From Deltaproteobacteria bacterium (lineage in GTDB: Bacteria > Desulfobacterota > Desulfuromonadia > Geobacterales > JAJYBI01), in NCBI GenBank assembly GCA_021779095.1, contig JAJYBI010000007.1, positions 56,415-120,414 of the forward strand: 64,000 nt of DNA, read 5' to 3'. The notes under the pieces were generated by a model. It searched no databases, was not told the DNA's origin, and worked only from the letters and a program-made list of their open reading frames with translations. The translations under genes and the position numbers were made by a program. The first letter of the stretch is position 1. The number at the start of each line of letters is the position of its first letter. Of this stretch, positions 56,156 through 64,000 are shown in pieces.

Positions 56156-57588
56156 GGCTGTACCTCCAGCATGGCGGCGCCGTTGTGCAGGAGCGACACG
56201 AGGAACGGTGGCGGCCAGATTCCCATTACCAGGATGACCCCCATCAGGAGGAGCGGTGGTCCCACCGTCAGGAGACGGTCGCGGTAGTCGGTCGGTTCCA
56301 GCCCGTCCGGCGGCGCGCCCATGACCATGGGGAGCACGGTGAGCGCCATGCCGATGAAGATGATCGCGAGGAAGACGAGGAACAGTGCCCCCACCAGATG
56401 CCGGCCGTCGATGAACGCACTGCTGACGATGGCATATTCGCTGATGAACGGCGAGAAGGGTGGCGAACCGGTGACGGCGATGAACCCCGCCAGGAACAGC
56501 CCCCCCGACCAGGGCAGCCGGGTCAGCGCCCCTTTCACCACGTCGGTGGTCTTGTTGTTGTAGGAACGGTGGATGTTGCCAGAGGAGAGGAACAGCACCC
56601 CCTTGGTCAGGCCGTTGTTGATCAGGTGGAAGAGGGCACCGAAGAGCGCCCCCCGTCCGAGACCGAGCCCGATGGCGAGAATCCCCACATGCTCGACGCT
56701 GGAGTAGGCGAGCATCCGTTTGAAGTCCGCCTGCCGCGCCATGAAGACGGCGGCGAACGCCATGGAGACGAGCCCCATCCCCACGAGCGCCTGCTGGAAG
56801 AACCGGTCTTCCGCTCCGGACGCCAGGCAGACCTGGTAGACCCGGACGATGGCGAGGAACGCGCAGTTCACGAGCCCCCCCGACAGAAGCGCACCCACCA
56901 GCCCCGGTGCCTCGCCGTAGGCATCCGGCTTCCAGGTGTGGAGCGGGGCGAGCCCCATCTTGGAGCCGAAACCGACGAGCAGAAAGATGGCGGCGGCGTG
57001 GAGCCAGGCCGGGTTCAGTTCGCGGGCGGTCGCCAGAAGCTGCCCCAGGAGCAGGGTCGCCTCGTGATGGGCCAGATAGGTGGAGTAGGCGAGGAAGAGG
57101 AGCCCCAGAAGCGCCAGGGCGATCCCCACGGAACAGATCAAGAGGTATTTCCAGGTCGCCTCGATGGACCGCGCGTTCCGGTTGAAGTAGATGAGCGGCG
57201 CCATGGAGACGGTGGTGGCTTCCACCGCCACCCAGAGCATCCCCAGGTGTTGGGCGATGGTCACCGACGTCATGGCGGAGAGGCAGATGAGGAGGCAGAT
57301 GCACATCACCCGGTTGGAACGTTCCCGGCGGTAGGCGAGATAGCCGACGGCGTACCAGGCGCAGACGATGAACAGAAGGGAGATGCTCAGGAGCGTGATC
57401 TGTCCCAGCGGGTCGAGCCAGATCCACCCTTCGGGGGACGGTGCCCGGTCGCTCCCCAGAAGGAGTATGGTCAGGACCGTGTGGGCCGTGGCCACGACCG
57501 GGAGGATCAGCGGACGCAGCCGGTTGTCCGGGACGATCAGGGCGATAATTGCCCCGAGGAGGGGCAGAAGGACGAGGGTAAACAGCAT
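56152..57588 (-). CDS. Proton-translocating antiporter-like subunit (HyfF-like)
   Basis: WVAVEATT, EATWKY, KMGLAPLHTWKPDAY, KRMLAYSSVEH. Confidence 0.88.
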   Translation of the reverse strand: MLFTLVLLPLLGAIIALIVPDNRLRPLILPVVATAHTVLTILLLGSDRAPSPEGWIWLDPLGQITLLSISLLFIVCAWYAVGYLAYRRERSNRVMCICLLICLSAMTSVTIAQHLGMLWVAVEATTVSMAPLIYFNRNARSIEATWKYLLICSVGIALALLGLLFLAYSTYLAHHEATLLLGQLLATARELNPAWLHAAAIFLLVGFGSKMGLAPLHTWKPDAYGEAPGLVGALLSGGLVNCAFLAIVRVYQVCLASGAEDRFFQQALVGMGLVSMAFAAVFMARQADFKRMLAYSSVEHVGILAIGLGLGRGALFGALFHLINNGLTKGVLFLSSGNIHRSYNNKTTDVVKGALTRLPWSGGLFLAGFIAVTGSPPFSPFISEYAIVSSAFIDGRHLVGALFLVFLAIIFIGMALTVLPMVMGAPPDGLEPTDYRDRLLTVGPPLLLMGVILVMGIWPPPFLVSLLHNGAAMLEVQP

Positions 57589-57592
57589 CGGG

Positions 57593-58234
57593 CTACTCCT
57601 CCTTCAGGGCCCGCAGCCGGGAGGTGTCGATGGACGAGAACTCGCGGCTGATGTGGTTGATGACGATCCCCATGACGAATATCCCCACCAGGAGGTCCAG
57701 GAGCGCGCCCGCCTCCACCATGGTGGGGAGCGCCTCGGTCAAGAGCATGCCGAAGATGAAGATGCCGTTTTCCAGCACCAGGTAGCCGATTACCTGGGAG
57801 ATCGCCTTGCTGCGGGTCGTGAGCAGCAGAAAGCCGGTTAAAAGCGTGGCGATGGAGGCCGGAACGAACAGAAGGTCCCGGTGTTCGGGGGCCAGCGGCA
57901 GCTTGTCGGCGAAGACGAAGGAGAGGGCGGTGAAGAGTGCCCCGAGAAGCAGGGTCGGCACGAATCCCAGGTACGGCTCCACCTCCCGGCGGATATGGGC
58001 CTTTTTGACCGCGCCGATGATGAGGGTCGGGATGACGACCCCCTTGGCGAGGATGATCCCGGCGGTGATGGCGGCGAGATGGCCGGAGAAGGGGTGAATG
58101 AGACCGGGGAGGATTCCCAGGATCACCCCCTGGATCGCGACGGCGCGGATGCAGAAGATGAGCCGGCTCGATCCGAGCATCACCAGGTTGATCAGCATCA
58201 CCAGTACGAGCAGTTGATCGGCGATTGCGTTCAT
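57593..58234 (-). CDS. Membrane subunit (HyfE-like)
   Basis: KGVVIP, QVIGYLVLENG, VEAGALLD. Confidence 0.85.
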   Translation of the reverse strand: MNAIADQLLVLVMLINLVMLGSSRLIFCIRAVAIQGVILGILPGLIHPFSGHLAAITAGIILAKGVVIPTLIIGAVKKAHIRREVEPYLGFVPTLLLGALFTALSFVFADKLPLAPEHRDLLFVPASIATLLTGFLLLTTRSKAISQVIGYLVLENGIFIFGMLLTEALPTMVEAGALLDLLVGIFVMGIVINHISREFSSIDTSRLRALKEE

Positions 58235-58236
58235 GA

Positions 58237-59145
58237 TTACCTCAACACCAGCAGCATGGAGAATGCAGCGAGGATGGTGGACCCGACCAGAAGCTGGGGG
58301 ATGCGCACCAGCCGCAGGCGCGCCATGACCGATTCCACGACCCCGATGGCCACCGCCAGCGCTGCCATGGTGACGACGAAAATCACCCAGTCGACAAGCG
58401 CGTTCCCGGTGGCGAGGGGAATGGCGACGTTGGCAAACAGCGCCCCGAGGACGAACAGCTTCAGCGCCGCACCGTAGAGGATCATCCCGAAGGCGGGACC
58501 GCTGTGGTCGAGGACCATCACCTCGTGGATCATGGTCAGCTCCAGGTGGGTGGTGGGATCGTCGAACGGGATACGGCAGTTCTCCGCCAGAAGGATGATG
58601 AAGAGCGCCCCGATGAGGAGCAGCATGCTGGCACCGGTGGCGAGCCAGCCGGCGGGAGTGGTGTGGGTCAGGATCGTGGAGAGCGACAGGGAGCCGCTCG
58701 TCCTCGCCAGGGTGATCAGCGCGATGAACAGGGTCGGTTCCGCCAGGCAGGAGAAGGTCACCTCGCGGGCCGCCCCCATCCCCTCGAAACTGGAGCCGGT
58801 GTCCAGGGCCGCGATGGTGGTGAAGAACCGCGCCAGGCCGAACAGGTAGGCGAACAGGATCAGGTCGCCGTTGAAGGAGACCGGCGCCGCATGGCGTCCC
58901 AGCGGTATCAGCAGCGCGGCGACGAGCGTTGCGGACAGTGTCACCACGGGACCGGCGCGGAAGACCCAGGTGGTGGTCTCGCTGAAGACCGACCCCTTGC
59001 GGACGAGCTTGATCAGGTCGTAATACGGCTGGAGAAACGGCGCCCCGACCCGGCCGGCGAACGCCGCCTTGGTCTTGCCGATGATCCCCAGCAAGAGCGG
59101 GGGGAAGAGAAGCGTCAGGGCACAGTGTATGATGATGTCTGTCAT
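58237..59145 (-). CDS. Membrane subunit (HyfC/NuoH-like)
   Basis: GRVGAPFLQPYYDL.K, GMGAARE, AENCRIPFD, ELTMIHE. Confidence 0.88.
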   Translation of the reverse strand: MTDIIIHCALTLLFPPLLLGIIGKTKAAFAGRVGAPFLQPYYDLIKLVRKGSVFSETTTWVFRAGPVVTLSATLVAALLIPLGRHAAPVSFNGDLILFAYLFGLARFFTTIAALDTGSSFEGMGAAREVTFSCLAEPTLFIALITLARTSGSLSLSTILTHTTPAGWLATGASMLLLIGALFIILLAENCRIPFDDPTTHLELTMIHEVMVLDHSGPAFGMILYGAALKLFVLGALFANVAIPLATGNALVDWVIFVVTMAALAVAIGVVESVMARLRLVRIPQLLVGSTILAAFSMLLVLR

Positions 59146-59179
59146 GGGTGCCAACCTCGATCGAACATCGGTATCGCCT

Positions 59180-61165
59180 CTAATGAACCCAGAGCATCAG
59201 GACGAAGAGGGTCGCCACGATGTACAGGACGTATATGTGCAGATGACCGTGCTGCAGCCGGCGCACGTAGGAAAACGCCTGTCCCGCACCGTGAAAGGCG
59301 GGGGTCAGGACCCGGTCCAGGATGGTCTCCGTCACCCCGTAGGTAAAACGGGCGTCACGGGGAAACGTCGAGCCGCCGATCGACGGTCGGCGGCGCAACG
59401 GCGCGACGATCGCTCCCAGCTGGTTTACCGCGAGCTCGCTGAATGAGGAGCCGGTGTACTGCATCCGTGTGGTCGGCGCCAGGTAGCCGCACCCCCAGGT
59501 AGCGCCGACGGCGCGGGGAGACCGTTGCAGGCGGACACGGTACCACCAGGCGACGGCGAGGGCGGTCGATACGAGCGTCACGTTGACCGCCGCAAGGGGG
59601 AGCAGCGGCACCTGGCTACCGATGCCCGCCACCAGACCGGCCGGCACGGCGCCGTACTGTTCGATCGCCGGCGCGACGAGCCCGAGCAGGAGCGGCGGGG
59701 CCATCCCGCCGGTCAGGCAGCCGATTGTCAGGAGCGCCATCGCGCCGGTCATCGGCCGCCCCGCCTCGTGGGCCGCCGCGGCGCCATCGGAGCGGGGACT
59801 GCCGAGAAACACTATACCGTATAGTTTCACGAATGTAATGACCGCCATACCCCCCACGAGCGCCAGCACCGGTACTATCAGCGCCGGCAGGGGGAGCGGG
59901 TCGGTGATGCCGTCACGGAAGGCGCCGACGTAGAGGAAGAGCTCCCCCACGAAGCCGTTCAGGGGGGGCAGCCCGCAGATGGCGATGGAACCGGTGAAAA
60001 AGAGGAGTGCGGTGGCCGGCATCCGCCGGGCGAGCCCCCCCATCCGGTCGATCTCGCGGCTGCCGGTGCCGTGGATGATCGCGCCGCTTCCCATGAAGAG
60101 AAGCGACTTGAACAGTCCGTGGTTGAGGATATGGATGAAGGCGCCGGCGAGACCGCATACCGTGAGGAAGGGGGACCGGATCTGCATCCCCACGAGCGCG
60201 AGACCAATGCCGATGAAGACGATGCCGATGTTCTCGATGCTGCTGCAGGCCAGAAGCCGTTTCAGGTCGCGCTGGCCGCTCGCCTGGGCGATCCCTCCCA
60301 GCGCCGAAGAGGCCCCGAGTGCAAGGACGAGCCAGCCGACCCAGGCGGGGACGGCGACGAAGAACGACAGGGTCCGGAGGATGCCGTAGACTCCCATCTT
60401 CAGCATGATGCCTGACATGATGGCGGAGACGTGGCTCGGCGCATTGGCGTGGGCGCCGGGGAGCCAGAAGTGCAACGGCATGATCCCCGCCTTGCCGCCG
60501 AATCCGAACAGGGCGGCCGCGATCATGATCGCGGCGTACGGGACCGTTGAAGGCAGCGAATGGGGTGCCGGGAAGACGAAGCTGCCGGTGTCGCCGCACA
60601 GAAGTGCGAAGAGAGCGAAAAGCGCCATGGTGCCGACATGGGTGGCGAAGAGGTAGACGATGCCGACCCGCTGCACCTCCGCCCCCTCCCGTTCCACCGT
60701 CAGCAGGAAGTATGCGGTGATGGCCATCACCTCCCACGACATGAGGAACAGCACGCCGTTGCGCGCCAGTACCACCATCACCATGGACGAGGTGAACAGC
60801 CCGAGGAAGAATGACAGCTGTCCCGCGCCGCGTTGCCTGCCGGCGGGCCAGTAGGCAAGGGCATAGACAGAGGCACAGCCGGTGACGAGGAACAGGGGGA
60901 TGAGGAACAGGGCGGAGAGGTGGTCGGCGCCGAGAAGCGCCGGACCGAACGGCAGGGTCCAGTCGATCTGCCAGGTGGCGGCCGGACTGCCGGTGAAGAG
61001 ACCTGCGATGGCGCACTCTCCCAGGATCGAGGCGCAGACGGCAATGAAGGCGCCGCATCGCTGGCCGAGGGCGGGGCGCCGCAGAAGCAGACCGGGAACT
61101 CCCGATACGGCCAGGAGGGCCGCTGCAACCAGGAGATACGCCGTCGGTTCTAGGGAGATGCTCAC
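59180..61165 (-). CDS. Proton-translocating antiporter-like subunit (HyfB-like), copy A
   Basis: FLMSWEVM, KAGIMPLHFWLPGAHANAPSHVSA, SSIENIG, GLPPLNGF, TWGCGY; GTG start at 61165 or 61177. Confidence 0.88.
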   Translation of the reverse strand: MSISLEPTAYLLVAAALLAVSGVPGLLLRRPALGQRCGAFIAVCASILGECAIAGLFTGSPAATWQIDWTLPFGPALLGADHLSALFLIPLFLVTGCASVYALAYWPAGRQRGAGQLSFFLGLFTSSMVMVVLARNGVLFLMSWEVMAITAYFLLTVEREGAEVQRVGIVYLFATHVGTMALFALFALLCGDTGSFVFPAPHSLPSTVPYAAIMIAAALFGFGGKAGIMPLHFWLPGAHANAPSHVSAIMSGIMLKMGVYGILRTLSFFVAVPAWVGWLVLALGASSALGGIAQASGQRDLKRLLACSSIENIGIVFIGIGLALVGMQIRSPFLTVCGLAGAFIHILNHGLFKSLLFMGSGAIIHGTGSREIDRMGGLARRMPATALLFFTGSIAICGLPPLNGFVGELFLYVGAFRDGITDPLPLPALIVPVLALVGGMAVITFVKLYGIVFLGSPRSDGAAAAHEAGRPMTGAMALLTIGCLTGGMAPPLLLGLVAPAIEQYGAVPAGLVAGIGSQVPLLPLAAVNVTLVSTALAVAWWYRVRLQRSPRAVGATWGCGYLAPTTRMQYTGSSFSELAVNQLGAIVAPLRRRPSIGGSTFPRDARFTYGVTETILDRVLTPAFHGAGQAFSYVRRLQHGHLHIYVLYIVATLFVLMLWVH

Positions 61166-61177
61166 TACATGCCTCAC

Positions 61178-61350
61178 AACTACCGGGCCCGGGGAAGGGG
61201 AAAATGACGTGTGTTAATATGTTGTTGTCTTTTTATGTGTTGTAAATAAATAAAACACGTGATAAAAATATATGGCATATGATTTCATACGTCAATAGAA
61301 TTGTGTAACAGTATTGTGTATACATGCACATAGCGAGGTGGAGTGTTATA
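61178..61350. promoter_or_regulatory. AT-rich divergent promoter/operator region
   Basis: Strongly AT-rich relative to flanks; ATTGTGTA direct repeat at 61300 and 61313; imperfect palindrome TGTGTATACATGCACA at 61315-61330. Confidence 0.6.
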
Positions 61351-61587
61351 ATGCCCAATACGCGACTCAACATCACCCTGCCGACCCCGATCGTGGACGA
61401 CATCAAATCGCTGTACGGCCAACGGGGGGTGAGCCAGTTCCTGGAGGAGGCGGCGAGGGAGAAGCTCGAAGCCGTCAAGAAGAAGGCGTACAAGGGGCTC
61501 ATCGAGGGGTACCAGTCCACCGCCGAGGAGACGAAAGAGGTCCTCAAGCGGTTCGAGGCGGCCGCGACGGAGGATCGCGATGTTTAA
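61351..61587 (+). CDS. Ribbon-helix-helix (CopG/NdoAI-like) antitoxin/regulator
   Basis: TRLNITLP beta-strand, SQFLEEAARE helix, LIEGY motif; overlaps the downstream MazF-like gene. Confidence 0.8.
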   Translation: MPNTRLNITLPTPIVDDIKSLYGQRGVSQFLEEAAREKLEAVKKKAYKGLIEGYQSTAEETKEVLKRFEAAATEDRDV

Positions 61588-61948
61588 GCGGGGCGGCATC
61601 TACGCGGTCAACCTTCCCCACCTGGAGGTACAGTCGGAGCCGGATATCTGTCCCTGCCTGGTGGTGAGCAACAACATCAGCAACGAATACTCGCCGGTGG
61701 TGACCATCATTCCGCTGAGCTTCACCCGTCTGGAGAAGATCTACGAGTTCGAGACCCTGCTCCCCGCGGCCGGGACCGGGCTGGTGAGGGACGCGAAGAT
61801 AAGCTCCCACATCCTCATCACCATCGACAAGACCAACGTGGTGGGAGAACGGCTCGGTTTTCTCACCAGATCGCTCATGACCCAGGTCGAAAAGGCGCTT
61901 CTCCTGCAGCTCGGTTTCGAGGACGCCCCGACCTTTACCAAAGGATGA
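61580..61948 (+). CDS. PemK/MazF-fold protein
   Basis: KRGGIY.VNL, PCLVVSN, V.IIPLS, TGL..D, I.TIDK, VEKAL..QLG. Confidence 0.8.
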   Translation: MFKRGGIYAVNLPHLEVQSEPDICPCLVVSNNISNEYSPVVTIIPLSFTRLEKIYEFETLLPAAGTGLVRDAKISSHILITIDKTNVVGERLGFLTRSLMTQVEKALLLQLGFEDAPTFTKG

Positions 61949-61952
61949 ACCG

Positions 61953-62639
61953 ATGCTGCTTGAACCGGCCGAGGCCGCACAGGCCCTGAACGTCGACGAA
62001 AGGACCGTCGTCCGCTGGATACGGAAAGACAACCTGCCGGCGGAGCAGATCCAGGGGGACTACCGGATCAACCCGGTGGATCTCCTGGAATGGGCCACCG
62101 ATCGCGGCATCAAGGTGAACCCCGCCCTCTACAAGATGCCCGATGCGGACGACCGTCCGCTCCCCTCCTTGAGCCAGGCGCTGGAAGCGGGCGGCATCCA
62201 CTGCGCCTTCCCGGGGGACGACAAGGAGTCGGTACTGCGTAACGTGGTGGCAACGCTGGAGCTGCCGCCGGAGATCGACCCGGAGTTCATCCTCCAGGTG
62301 CTGCTCGCGCGGGAGGCGATGGGGACCACCGCCGTGGGCGACGGGATCGCCATTCCCCACGTGCGCAACCCGATCCTCGTGCAGCTCCCGGTGCCGAAGG
62401 TCGCGCTCAGCTTCCTCCGCCGGCCGGTGGACTTCGGCGCCCTGGACGGCAGACCGGTGCAGATCCTCTTCACCATCATATCCCCCACCATCCGGATGCA
62501 CCTGCACCTCCTGTCCAAGCTCGCATACTGTCTGCGGGACGAACGGCTGCGTGGCATCCTCGGTACCCAGTGCAATGCCGAGGCGATCATGGCGGCGGTT
62601 CGGGAGATCGAGCAGGATATCGGCAAGGGGGGGACATGA
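61953..62639 (+). CDS. Excisionase-type HTH fused to PTS EIIA (Ntr/Fru-type) domain
   Basis: EAAQALNVDERTVVRWI HTH; RE..GTTAVGDGIAIPH phospho-His motif; PVDFGALDG, HLHLLSKLA. Confidence 0.9.
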   Translation: MLLEPAEAAQALNVDERTVVRWIRKDNLPAEQIQGDYRINPVDLLEWATDRGIKVNPALYKMPDADDRPLPSLSQALEAGGIHCAFPGDDKESVLRNVVATLELPPEIDPEFILQVLLAREAMGTTAVGDGIAIPHVRNPILVQLPVPKVALSFLRRPVDFGALDGRPVQILFTIISPTIRMHLHLLSKLAYCLRDERLRGILGTQCNAEAIMAAVREIEQDIGKGGT

Positions 62640-64000
62640 CCGACGCCACCCTGCCGGCGTTGCTCCTTCTGGGGGCGGCATGGGCCTTCGCCCTGTCCGG
62701 CACGCCGATGCTGGTCCGCCGACTGGACCCGGCGACCGGCCAGCGTCTCGCGGCGTACGTTATGTCGGCTGCGTCGCTCGCCGGTCTCGTCGGCGCGCTC
62801 CTCACGCTCATAAACCAGACCCGGACCACCTTCCTCCCTGACTGGCCGTTCCCCTTCGGTCCCGCTTCCGTGGGCGTCGACCCGCTCACCGCCTTCTTCG
62901 CCATACCCGTACTGATCGTCGCCGCCTGCGGCAGCGTCTACGCCCTGGAATACTGGCCGGCCCGGGACAACCCCCGTACCGTGCGCAAGCTCACCTGTTT
63001 CTTCGGCATCCTGGCCGCCACCATGCTGTTCGTGCTCGTGGCGCGATCCGCCGGCGTCTTTCTCATCTCTTGGGAGGTCATGGCGCTGGCCGCCTATGTC
63101 GCCATCACCGCCGACGACCACACCCCGGCGGTGCGCGATGCCGGCACCCTCTACCTCATCTGTACCCACATCGGCACCCTGGCGCTCTTCGCCCTGTTCG
63201 CCCTGTTGAAGGAGATGTCCGGCGGCTTCGGTTTTCCCGCCTCAGGCACCCTTTCCGCGGTCCAACCTGCCGCCGCGGCGATCTTTCTCCTGGCACTTCT
63301 GGGGTTCGGGGTGAAGGCGGGGATCATGCCGCTGCACGTCTGGCTCCCGTCGGCCCACGCCAACGCGCCGAGCCACGTCTCCGCCATCATGTCCGGCGTC
63401 ATCCTGAAGATCGGCATCTACGGCCTCGTGCGCACCCTGTCGTTTTTCACCGGAGTGCCGCTCTGGTGGGGGCTTGTGATTCTCGCCCTCGGCATCGTCT
63501 CGGGGATCGGCGGCGTCCTCTTCGCCCTGGGGCAGCACGACATAAAAAGGCTCCTCGCCTATCACAGCATCGAGAACATCGGCATCATCTGCATGGGGAT
63601 CGGCACCGCGCTCATCGGCACGACCCTCGGCTCGCCGCTCCTCGTCCTGTTCGGCATGGCCGGTGCGCTCCTCCATGTGCTGAACCACGCCACCTTCAAG
63701 GCGCTCCTCTTTCTCGGGGCCGGTTCCGTCATCCATGCGGTCGGCACCCGCGAGATCGACCGGATGGGGGGGCTCCTGCGCCTGCTCCCCTGGACCTCCG
63801 CGGCATTCCTCGTCGGGGCCGTCGCCATCTGCGGCCTGCCCCCCCTGAACGGTTTCGTCAGCGAACTCCTCATCTACCTCGGCTTCTTCACCGGCGCCGT
63901 GCGCCACACCGGCGGCGGCGCCGTCGGCCTCGCCCTGGCGGCGCCGGCCCTGGCGCTGGTGGGAGGGCTGGCCGTTGCCTGCTTTGTGAAGGTCTACGGC
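62636..64000 (+). CDS. Proton-translocating antiporter-like subunit (HyfB-like), copy B, 3'-truncated by window edge
   Basis: ATGA overlap with the previous stop; hand translation gives FLISWEVM, KAGIMPLHVWLPSAHANAPSHVSA, KRLLAYHSIENIG, GLPPLNGF; absent from the ORF track because no stop occurs in the window. Confidence 0.88.
   Translation, partial: MTDATLPALLLLGAAWAFALSGTPMLVRRLDPATGQRLAAYVMSAASLAGLVGALLTLINQTRTTFLPDWPFPFGPASVGVDPLTAFFAIPVLIVAACGSVYALEYWPARDNPRTVRKLTCFFGILAATMLFVLVARSAGVFLISWEVMALAAYVAITADDHTPAVRDAGTLYLICTHIGTLALFALFALLKEMSGGFGFPASGTLSAVQPAAAAIFLLALLGFGVKAGIMPLHVWLPSAHANAPSHVSAIMSGVILKIGIYGLVRTLSFFTGVPLWWGLVILALGIVSGIGGVLFALGQHDIKRLLAYHSIENIGIICMGIGTALIGTTLGSPLLVLFGMAGALLHVLNHATFKALLFLGAGSVIHAVGTREIDRMGGLLRLLPWTSAAFLVGAVAICGLPPLNGFVSELLIYLGFFTGAVRHTGGGAVGLALAAPALALVGGLAVACFVKVYG

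Noticed and set aside
54635-57427. 930-aa ORF suggesting a giant fused large subunit
   Set aside because: The N-terminal ~420 aa is an off-frame overlap with the HyfF-like gene; the real start is the GTG at 56155 overlapping the upstream stop

Overview
GC-rich bacterial chromosome segment whose gene content and order resemble Geobacteraceae/Desulfuromonadales (inference from protein families and synteny). 0-17.7 kb is an accessory-type region. It holds a LysM L,D-transpeptidase, an AI-2E transporter, a Tat-exported IorAB-type molybdoenzyme cassette (iorA-iorB-xdhC-mocA) bracketed by two ~130-bp REP/MITE-like direct repeats, quinone oxidoreductase, rhomboid, YchJ, hemerythrin, a degenerate rubrerythrin-like protein, an orphan mini flagellar-rod-like gene, a non-coding DnaA-box cluster and ald. 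18-53 kb is core housekeeping: tilS-ftsH-folP-cdaA-cdaR-glmM-pdxJ-acpS-nnr-CBS-tsaE, lysC-cimA-comEA, rph-rdgB, five tRNAs, tig-clpP-clpX-lon, ppaC, mutS-amiC-glnD-xerD-apgM. 53.9-64 kb encodes an Ehr-type (NiFe-less, hydrogenase-4-like) membrane complex split into two divergent operons. The rightward operon begins with an RHH protein, a MazF-fold protein apparently lacking its catalytic Arg, and an HTH-PTS EIIA fusion, which is the best candidate for an under-described system. No CRISPR array, rRNA, transposase or prophage was seen. All product calls come from motif recognition without database searches.
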